Assembly: GCF_006345805.1 (NCBI RefSeq)
Contig: NW_021829191.1
Location: 1-6,831 of the forward strand
Length of the DNA: 6,831 nucleotides
Source: Octopus sinensis
Lineage: Eukaryota
Reading direction: 5' to 3'
This document shows, one piece after another, positions 6,698-6,831 of the stretch. The notes beneath the pieces are model-generated. The model was given only the letters and a program-made list of their open reading frames with translations, was not told where the DNA came from and ran no database searches. The number at the start of each line of letters is the position of its first letter. The first letter of the stretch is position 1. Position numbers and translations under genes: made by a program.

Positions 6698-6831
6698 GTG
6701 GGTAAATGGTGTGTTCGTGCCTGTATGTTTCTTTACATTTCGTTCATCGATGAATTGTGCAAAAATTATGTTCATCTTAGAAAAGAAATATTTTGAATAC
6801 AATGAATTTAATATTGACAAACAATAAAGAA

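Noticed and set aside
6440-6831. ORF 6491..6697 and possible poly(A)/promoter signals
   Set aside because: Very AT-rich DNA with simple repeats; such motifs are expected by chance and nothing supports a gene.

Overview
Non-coding, AT-rich, microsatellite-dense eukaryotic DNA made almost entirely of stacked transposon remnants. No intact protein-coding gene, tRNA/rRNA gene or CRISPR array is supported. The SINE family and sequence style suggest an octopus/coleoid cephalopod genome (inferred from recall of octopus tRNA-derived SINEs; no search was run). Left to right: simple repeats; an apparently complete ~1.39-kb non-autonomous Helitron (757-2145, minus strand, TC...hairpin-CTAG, in an AT site of a (TA)n tract) carrying a young 4.2 x 116-bp tandem array and a twin-hairpin 5' end; an old minus-strand SINE apparently split by a decayed RTE-like LINE whose two halves point in opposite directions (twin-priming-like geometry); a plus-strand SINE; an internally deleted Tc1/mariner (maT/DD37D-like) remnant; a decayed STPR-like 23-aa repeat coding fragment (probably a Helitron N-terminus); and a younger minus-strand SINE lacking two hairpin modules. 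I found no convincing new multi-gene system. The most interesting leads are structural features of these mobile elements.
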